DNA of 33,761 nt, from sequence record SRR22947727_4286; one strand, given 5' to 3'. A model generated the notes under the pieces. The model was not told the origin of the DNA and did no database searches. It was given only the letters and a program-made list of their open reading frames with translations. Made by a program: the position numbers and the translations under genes. Positions 27,181-33,761 of the stretch are shown here, in pieces (positions within the stretch are counted from its first letter, which is position 1; each line of letters starts with the position of its first letter).

Positions 27181-28677
27181 ATGTCTTCCCTGCGGTTTAC
27201 CAACACCATCACCCGCCGCACGGAACCCTTTCTCCCACTTAAACCAGGAGAGGTCAGCATTTATTGCTGTGGGGTCACGGTCTATGACCTCTGCCATCTC
27301 GGTCATGCACGCAGCTATATCAACTGGGATGTTTTACGTCGCTATTTGATCTGGCGCGGCTACGTGGTGACGTTCGTTCAAAACTTCACCGACATCGACG
27401 ACAAGATCCTCAAGCGCGCCGCTGAAGAATCCTCATCGATGGATGAGGTAAGCGAACGAAACATCGATGCTTTCCATCAAGACATGGATGCTCTGGGGAT
27501 CTTGCGCCCTGACCGCATGCCCCGCGCCACCCGTTGTCTTGACAGCATCCGTGGCTTAATCGCAGAGCTTGAGGCCAAAGGTGCGGCCTACTCCGCAGAG
27601 GGCGATGTTTACTTCGCCGTGATGAAGCACGCGGGCTACGGGAAGCTCAGCGGTCGAGACCTCAGTGATCAACAGGACAATGCTGCTGGTCGCGTCGCCG
27701 ATGCAGAAGAAGCACGCAAGCGGCACCCCTTTGATTTCGCCCTTTGGAAACGCGCAAAAGTCGATGAGCCAAGCTTTCCATCCCCCTGGGGTGACGGACG
27801 CCCCGGATGGCACATCGAATGTTCGGCGATGGTTCGTGAAGAACTCGGCGACACCATCGACATCCATCTCGGAGGAGCCGATTTGGTGTTCCCCCATCAT
27901 GAAAATGAAATCGCCCAGTCGGAAGCGGCTAATGGAACCGAACTAGCGCGGGTTTGGCTGCACAACGGCATGGTGAACGTGAGTGGAGAAAAGATGAGCA
28001 AATCACTCGGCAACTTCACCACCATTCGCGCACTTCTAGAAAGCGGACTCTCCGCGATGGCCCTGCGCCTGTTTGTTTTGCAGGCCCACTACCGCAAGCC
28101 CCTGGACTTCACTGCCGAAGCGCTGGAAGCAGCAACCACTGGGTGGAAAGGATTGAATGCGGCCCTCAAATTGGGGGAAAAGCATGCTGCTGCCTTGGGA
28201 TGGGGCGATCAGACGGCCCTCAGCGTGGATGCGGTTAGCGCTGGACAGAGTGCAACCGGCCCTTTTGAAGACCTTGAGCAACGGTTCATGGCCGCCATGG
28301 ACGATGACCTCAACAGCTCTGGTGCCTTAGCCGTGCTGTTTGATCTCGCCCGTCCACTCCGCGGTTTAGCCAATCGCCTGGATCGAGGCGACCAGCCTGA
28401 CCAGCCAGCCAACGAGCTGAGCGAACAGCACACACGCTGGCTGGTGTTGCGCGAACTGGCCGCCGTTCTTGGTTTACGCAGCGAAACCAACGACTCCAAA
28501 CCATCAGCCGACGGTTCCGTTGATGCTCAAGCGGTTGAGCAGGCGATCGCCGATCGCAAAGCAGCGAAACAAGCGAAGAACTATCAAGAAGCCGATCGCA
28601 TTCGCAAGGCCCTCAGTGACCAAGGCATTGAGCTCATCGATAAGCCAGGTGGACTCACCGATTGGAGAATGCTCTAA
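27181..28677 (+). CDS. cysS: Cysteine--tRNA ligase
   Basis: [47 protein letters not shown] and KMSKS. Confidence 0.98.
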   Translation: MSSLRFTNTITRRTEPFLPLKPGEVSIYCCGVTVYDLCHLGHARSYINWDVLRRYLIWRGYVVTFVQNFTDIDDKILKRAAEESSSMDEVSERNIDAFHQDMDALGILRPDRMPRATRCLDSIRGLIAELEAKGAAYSAEGDVYFAVMKHAGYGKLSGRDLSDQQDNAAGRVADAEEARKRHPFDFALWKRAKVDEPSFPSPWGDGRPGWHIECSAMVREELGDTIDIHLGGADLVFPHHENEIAQSEAANGTELARVWLHNGMVNVSGEKMSKSLGNFTTIRALLESGLSAMALRLFVLQAHYRKPLDFTAEALEAATTGWKGLNAALKLGEKHAAALGWGDQTALSVDAVSAGQSATGPFEDLEQRFMAAMDDDLNSSGALAVLFDLARPLRGLANRLDRGDQPDQPANELSEQHTRWLVLRELAAVLGLRSETNDSKPSADGSVDAQAVEQAIADRKAAKQAKNYQEADRIRKALSDQGIELIDKPGGLTDWRML

Positions 28678-28913
28678 CGCTGCTTTCCAGCCATCATCGC
28701 TTCAATCTTGCGAATGCGTTCCATGGTGGTGATCCATACCTCCAGACGGAAGTTTTGATCGCCAAGCTCAGGGTCAGTCGTATCCATCGCTTCGATACGG
28801 GCCTTGAGCGCATTCACCATCGCTTCAATATCCTCTTTGGCTTCGAATGCATCCCAAAGCTCCCGTTCCAACCGTGCCCGTTCAATAAAGTTCCAACGTT
28901 TGAGCCACAACAT
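28674..28913 (-). CDS. Conserved hypothetical protein (helical hairpin)
   Basis: [24 protein letters not shown]...[15 protein letters not shown]. The internal ATG is chosen as start. Confidence 0.75.
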   Translation of the reverse strand: MLWLKRWNFIERARLERELWDAFEAKEDIEAMVNALKARIEAMDTTDPELGDQNFRLEVWITTMERIRKIEAMMAGKQR

Positions 28914-28979
28914 CAGAACGCATCCATAGAGGCTCCTGTCTACCGGATTGCTGACACCATTTGACGAATTTACCCACTC

Positions 28980-29399
28980 TTGGACTTCACAACCTTGCAT
29001 CCTGAAAGCCTGTCCAAGGCGATTCAGCTTTCGGTTTCACCGGTGTTTTTGCTCGCCGGAATCGGGGCCCTGCTCAACGTTCTTTCCGCCAGGCTTGCCC
29101 GCATTGCTGATCATTCACGCCGGCTCAGCGAATCGGATGCCACAAGAGATGACTTTGAGCGCAGGCATTGCAAGCGGCGCATGCAACACATTCTTCGGGC
29201 GATCTGGCTCCTCACCTGCGCCACCCTGCTTCTTTCCATTGTGGTTTCAGCGATGTTTATGAGTGTGATCACTCAAGTGAATCTCACTGCAATCGTTGCG
29301 CCTCTGTTTATTACCACGATGGGAATGTTGATGATGGCCTCCGTCTCATTCCTCCTAGAAGTTCGCTTGGCGAGTGAATTTGTGCAGAGAAAATTTTAA
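28980..29399 (+). CDS. DUF2721 family membrane protein
   Basis: IQLSVSPVFLLAGIGALLNVLSARLARI.D..R and C-terminal FL.EV.LA. Confidence 0.88.
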   Translation: MDFTTLHPESLSKAIQLSVSPVFLLAGIGALLNVLSARLARIADHSRRLSESDATRDDFERRHCKRRMQHILRAIWLLTCATLLLSIVVSAMFMSVITQVNLTAIVAPLFITTMGMLMMASVSFLLEVRLASEFVQRKF

Positions 29400-29424
29400 A
29401 AACTACGCCGCATGCTGTGAGCAA

Positions 29425-30762
29425 TCAAGCTGCTGGGAACCATTGACGCCATAAATCAACAACGCTGATTAACAACCCAGCAGTGATCACCACAGGAGAC
29501 ACCCAGCGCAGGAAAAAAAGCATCAAGCGAATTAAGCCCGCTGAGGTTTTCGATCCTTGGAGGTCGTCTCGGAACCGTTTCGGAGCCACCCAACCCACCA
29601 GCAGGGCGATTAGAAGGCCTCCCAAAATCAGCAGCACACCGCCAAAAATCGAGTCCATCACCTCCAACACCGGAATCGACATCGCAGCGGGAAGGCCGGC
29701 AATAAAGATCAGCAACGCCATCAACCATGCCGATCGCCTGCGGGACCAGCCCAAGCGATCCATCAAGGAAGCCACGGGGACTTCCAGCAGCGAAACCGAT
29801 GAGGTAATCGCCGCGAGATAGGCCAATGAGAAAAAGAGCACAGCTACCAAGCGCCCTGCAGCGCCAAGGGAAGCAAGTCCTGTGGGTATCGCTAAAAACA
29901 AAGCCCCAACAGTGGACTCGCTCACCGTTTCCTGCAGACCAAAGCTGATCACCACGGGGAAAGTGATCAATCCAGCCAAGAGACCGACGGCCGTATCTAA
30001 ACCAACCACTGCGATCGCTTCCCTGGGCAGTCGCGCACTGCTTTTCAAATAGGCCGCATAGGCAAGGATGCAGCCGATACCCGTGCCGATGGAGAAAAAG
30101 GCCTGGGTAAAGGCATTGCGAATCGTGGTGGGATTGAGCAGCTGCGCTGGATCCCACCGCAACAGAAAGGTTTGGTATCCGCCCATCGCTCCAGGCAACA
30201 TGGCCGCCCAAATCCCCAAGCCAACCAACAACACAAACAGCAGAGGCAGAGCCCAACGCGAGAGACGCTCAATGCCGCCCTGCACACCAGAAGCCACCAC
30301 CGCAGCGGTTAAGACAAGACTGCCCCCCTGACCCAGTAGGGCACTATTTCCAGTGCTCACCGATGCAAACAGCGATTCCGCTGTCTCCATATCGTCTGGC
30401 AACCCCACCCATAGGGCATGAACGAGGGTGTGACCCGTCCAGCCCATCAGCACCGCATAGAACGCCAAAATTCCGCACGAGGCGAGCAAAAACAGCCATC
30501 CCATCGGCCGCCACGCTTCTCCAGCCGCCGCAACAGGAGCCAGCAACGGGCTTTGGGCCGTACTGCGGCCCAGCACCATCTCCGCCACCAACACCGGCAG
30601 GCACACCAACAACACAATCAGCACGTAGAGCAGCAGGAAGGCGCCTCCACCTCCCTGGGAGGCGCGATAGGCAAAGCCCCAGAGGTTGCCTAAGCCCACG
30701 GCGCTACCAGCCGCGGCCAACACAAATCCCAATCCGGACCGCCAGTGCTCCTTCAGCGCCAT
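29425..30762 (-). CDS. Sodium-dependent transporter, neurotransmitter:sodium symporter (NSS) family
   Basis: W.S..GFVLAAAGSAVGLGNLW.F, GGGAFL, QAFFS.G.G and AA.TSS.SLLE. Confidence 0.95.
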   Translation of the reverse strand: MALKEHWRSGLGFVLAAAGSAVGLGNLWGFAYRASQGGGGAFLLLYVLIVLLVCLPVLVAEMVLGRSTAQSPLLAPVAAAGEAWRPMGWLFLLASCGILAFYAVLMGWTGHTLVHALWVGLPDDMETAESLFASVSTGNSALLGQGGSLVLTAAVVASGVQGGIERLSRWALPLLFVLLVGLGIWAAMLPGAMGGYQTFLLRWDPAQLLNPTTIRNAFTQAFFSIGTGIGCILAYAAYLKSSARLPREAIAVVGLDTAVGLLAGLITFPVVISFGLQETVSESTVGALFLAIPTGLASLGAAGRLVAVLFFSLAYLAAITSSVSLLEVPVASLMDRLGWSRRRSAWLMALLIFIAGLPAAMSIPVLEVMDSIFGGVLLILGGLLIALLVGWVAPKRFRDDLQGSKTSAGLIRLMLFFLRWVSPVVITAGLLISVVDLWRQWFPAA

Positions 30763-30846
30763 CAGCCTGCGTTCATCCGTAATGCTGCGAAGTTTGCCAG
30801 GCGCAGGCATTGGGGTGGGAAACTGTGATCAATTGCCTGGATCCCT

Positions 30847-32100
30847 GTGAAAGCCATCAGCGTTCTGGGCTCCACTGGCTCCATTGGCACGCAGACCCTG
30901 GAGATCGTTGAGGATTTTCCCGATCAATTTCGGGTGGTGGCGCTCAGTGCTGGGCGCAATCTCAGCCTGCTCGTGTCTCAAATCCAGAGGCATCGCCCTG
31001 ATGTGGTGGCCCTAGCGGATCCAGCGCTGCTTGCTGAGCTCAAAGACAGGCTGATGGCCCTGCCTGCCGACACACGCCCGGAACCCTTGCCGCAATTGGT
31101 GGGTGGACCTGAAGGCCTCGATGTGGTGGCGTCCTGGGATGCCGCTGATCTCGTTGTCACCGGAATCGTGGGCTGCGCCGGATTGCTGCCCACCCTGGCG
31201 GCGATTCGTGCGGGAAAAGACCTGGCCGTTGCCAACAAGGAAACCCTGATTGCCGCTGGTCCAGTGGTCCTGCCTGAGCTGAAGAAAAGCGGCAGCCGGC
31301 TGCTTCCTGCCGACTCGGAACACTCCGCCATCTTTCAGTGCCTGCAAGGAACACCTTGGAGCGACACCGCCCGTCTCTCCACTGGGGTGCCAACACCTGG
31401 CCTGCGCCGCATTCAACTCACCGCCTCCGGTGGTGCCTTTCGTGATTGGTCAGCCGCTGATCTCGAAAAGGCAACGGTGGCCGATGCCACCTCCCATCCC
31501 AACTGGAGCATGGGCAAAAAAATCACCGTGGATTCAGCCTCGCTGATGAATAAGGGGCTGGAGGTAATTGAGGCTCACTATCTGTTTGGACTGGATTACG
31601 ACCACATCGAGATCGTGATTCATCCTCAAAGCATCATCCATTCGATGGTGGAGCTTGCCGATTCATCGGTTTTAGCCCAGCTCGGCTGGCCCGATATGAA
31701 GTTGCCGATCCTCTACTGCATGAGTTGGCCTTCAAGGCTGGAGACCCCTTGGCGTCGGCTCGATCTCACCGAAGTGGGGCAATTGAGTTTCCGCGCACCG
31801 GATCCAGCCAAATATCCCTGCATGGACCTGGCCTACGCCGCAGGCCGGGCCGGCGGCACCATGCCTGCCGTGCTTAATGCGGCCAATGAAGAGGCCGTTG
31901 CCCAATTCCTCGAGGAAAAGATTCACTTTCTCGATATCCCCAAAATGATCGAGGGAGCCTGTGAACAACACAAAGGCGATCTCGCCGCCAACCCTTGTCT
32001 TGATGATGTGTTGGCGGTGGATCAATGGGCACGCCAGGCCGTGCGCGAGCAAGTGAACCGCGGCACGACGCGCATCAGCAGCGCGTCGATGGCCGCATGA
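30847..32100 (+). CDS. dxr: 1-deoxy-D-xylulose-5-phosphate reductoisomerase
   Basis: [50 protein letters not shown] and NAANE.AV. Confidence 0.98.
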   Translation: MKAISVLGSTGSIGTQTLEIVEDFPDQFRVVALSAGRNLSLLVSQIQRHRPDVVALADPALLAELKDRLMALPADTRPEPLPQLVGGPEGLDVVASWDAADLVVTGIVGCAGLLPTLAAIRAGKDLAVANKETLIAAGPVVLPELKKSGSRLLPADSEHSAIFQCLQGTPWSDTARLSTGVPTPGLRRIQLTASGGAFRDWSAADLEKATVADATSHPNWSMGKKITVDSASLMNKGLEVIEAHYLFGLDYDHIEIVIHPQSIIHSMVELADSSVLAQLGWPDMKLPILYCMSWPSRLETPWRRLDLTEVGQLSFRAPDPAKYPCMDLAYAAGRAGGTMPAVLNAANEEAVAQFLEEKIHFLDIPKMIEGACEQHKGDLAANPCLDDVLAVDQWARQAVREQVNRGTTRISSASMAA

Positions 32101-32108
32101 GCCAGGAG

Positions 32109-32444
32109 ATGAGCCAGCGGATTAGCCATCACTTGTTGCTCTGCGCCACAGCAACGAAAGCCAAGTGCTGTGATCCAGACATCGGGGCCGCAAGCTGGGA
32201 TGCTCTCAAGCGGCAGGTGCGTGAATTGGACCTGGAGAATCCAAGCCGGGCTCAAGGCATCGTGCTGCGCAGCAAAGCCGATTGCTTACGCATCTGCGAG
32301 CAAGGCCCAATCCTGTTGGTCTGGCCCGATGGCACCTGGTACGGAGGTGTCACGCCAGAACGCATCAGCAGCATTCTTCAGCAACACATCATCCAAGGCC
32401 AACCGGTTGAAGAGTGGGTCTTGAAAACCACCACGTTCACTTGA
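32109..32444 (+). CDS. Thioredoxin-like (2Fe-2S) ferredoxin domain protein
   Basis: LLCA.....CC, R.KADCLRIC..GP...VWPDG.WY..V..E. Alternative start at 32097. Confidence 0.88.
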   Translation: MSQRISHHLLLCATATKAKCCDPDIGAASWDALKRQVRELDLENPSRAQGIVLRSKADCLRICEQGPILLVWPDGTWYGGVTPERISSILQQHIIQGQPVEEWVLKTTTFT

Positions 32445-33525
32445 GCGTTTGCAACCAGGACGCAGCAAGCGCATCGGCCCAACAGCCGGTTCGTCCGTGA
32501 AAACCGTTGTGACCACCCTCGCGGGTGAAGATCAATTGAATGGGCCCATCCGTCGGAACAGCCTCCTCAAGATCGAGGGCCGAGCAAGCAGGCACCCAAG
32601 GATCATCTAGAGCCTGAAGCATCAGGGTGGGAGGCAAACGCTGGGGCGATTGGATCAAATGCTGGAGCGGTGAAGCCTCCCGGTAGTAAGCATCCACGTC
32701 TACAAATCCCCAGCGAGGCGCTGTCACGCTGCTATCAAAAGCACGAATCGTGCGTGGTTGCTCAACACCACTCATCCGCTCAAAATCCAAATCGCTCACG
32801 CCAAAGGGATCGGCCAGCGTCTGACGCACCAAGCGCTGCAGCAACCAGCGTTGGTACACACGATTGCGGGGACGTTCAATCGAGGCACTGCAGGCCGCCA
32901 AATCCAAGGGACTGCTGGCACAAAACAATCCATCCAGGGGCAGACCTGCTGGGTCGAGTCCGGCGGCAACGCGTTCAGCTGACGTTGACAGGCATGCATT
33001 GAGAAGCATGGTTCCCCCCAAGGAAAGCCCAGCTCCAAACAAGGGCAGTGGCGTCCCTTTTGAGGTCAGGGTGCTGCAAAGCTGTCGCGCCCGATACAAC
33101 ACGGGAAGAAGGTCGCTGTTGCACTGGGCTGCATAGGTGCCACCCGCCAGATGCCGGCCAGGATCAGCTCCGCGCATGTTGAGGCGCAGCACCGCATAAC
33201 CCGCTGATCCAAGGGCGACACCAAGCCTGCGCACGCCTTCGCGACGACTCGACCCTCCGAGCCCATGTAACACAACCACCAACGCCTTCGGAGCTGGTGG
33301 ACAATCCAGGAAGGAGAGCAAGGCTCCAGAACCCGCCGCACCGCTGCTCAGGGCAGGCACTTGAATCTCTAGGGGTTGACCTTGATCGATGGGCAAATCA
33401 ACGGGACGGAGCGTGTCCCTCAAGGTTTGAAGGTCGCCTCCCCACCAGGGAAGACGCTGTTGAAATGGAGAAACCCCCAGTTGCTTGAGCAGCTGAGGGT
33501 CTGGGTGTGGATCAGGCCAGCTCAC
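32437..33525 (-). CDS. YheT family alpha/beta hydrolase
   Basis: GGDLQT, HGLGGSS, N.RG, G.SLGG, I..FD...TAP..GF, A.DDPW and GGH.GF. Confidence 0.92.
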   Translation of the reverse strand: MSWPDPHPDPQLLKQLGVSPFQQRLPWWGGDLQTLRDTLRPVDLPIDQGQPLEIQVPALSSGAAGSGALLSFLDCPPAPKALVVVLHGLGGSSRREGVRRLGVALGSAGYAVLRLNMRGADPGRHLAGGTYAAQCNSDLLPVLYRARQLCSTLTSKGTPLPLFGAGLSLGGTMLLNACLSTSAERVAAGLDPAGLPLDGLFCASSPLDLAACSASIERPRNRVYQRWLLQRLVRQTLADPFGVSDLDFERMSGVEQPRTIRAFDSSVTAPRWGFVDVDAYYREASPLQHLIQSPQRLPPTLMLQALDDPWVPACSALDLEEAVPTDGPIQLIFTREGGHNGFHGRTGCWADALAASWLQTLK

Positions 33526-33533
33526 AGGCGAAT

Positions 33534-33761
33534 CTATTTCTTACCGACACCTAACTCCTTGAGCTCTCCCAGCAGATCGCCAAGCACCTTCTTGGCATCG
33601 CCAAACACCATGGAGGTGTTGGCGAGTTCAAACAGGTCATTTTTGATGCCCGAATAACCAGCACTCATGCCGCGCTTCACCACAAACACAGTGCGAGCCT
33701 GCTGAACATCCAGAACAGGCATGCCATAGAGCGGTGAATTGGGATCGGTCTTGGCCTGGGG
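33534..33761 (-). CDS. pntB: NAD(P)+ transhydrogenase subunit beta, C-terminal fragment
   Basis: DP.SP.YGMPVLDV..A.TV.V.KR.M..GYSG..N.LF....T.MVFGDAK. The gene continues past the right edge. Confidence 0.95.
   Translation of the reverse strand, partial: PQAKTDPNSPLYGMPVLDVQQARTVFVVKRGMSAGYSGIKNDLFELANTSMVFGDAKKVLGDLLGELKELGVGKK

Noticed and set aside
1..33761. CRISPR array, IS element, tRNA/rRNA, HIP1 enrichment
   Set aside because: I saw no periodic repeats, transposase/integrase or cloverleaf by eye. GCGATCGC occurs only sporadically.

Overview
A marine picocyanobacterial chromosome segment, probably Synechococcus subcluster 5.1, judged from gene order and protein sequences. The core backbone reads chlI(3' end)-ruvC-[island]-5-formyl-THF cyclo-ligase-CbiL/NikL-like-sufE-hom-hypothetical-dppA-dppB-(DUF1400 hydrolase)-MFS-[insert]-ychF-RND adaptor-polA-[insert]-cysS-hypothetical-DUF2721-NSS transporter-dxr-2Fe2S ferredoxin-YheT hydrolase-pntB(3' end). 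Three accessory patches interrupt it. (1) An ~8 kb AT-richer island (572-8783) carries a SelO AMPylase, a cyanobacterial AbrB-like regulator, a Tat-exported beta carbonic anhydrase, several small or micro-proteins, a decayed gene and a two-copy conserved non-coding element. (2) A Coq4-family gene lies beside a secreted protein (17633-18686). (3) Two divergent MFS transporters with operator-like palindromes (24316-27043) are followed by a long structured leader upstream of cysS. I saw no integrase, transposase, tRNA, rRNA or CRISPR array. No complete novel system is demonstrable from the sequence alone. The best leads are the two-copy element, the orphan CbiL/NikL-like protein near a family-5 ABC binding protein, the Coq4 pair, the cysS leader and the micro-ORFs.
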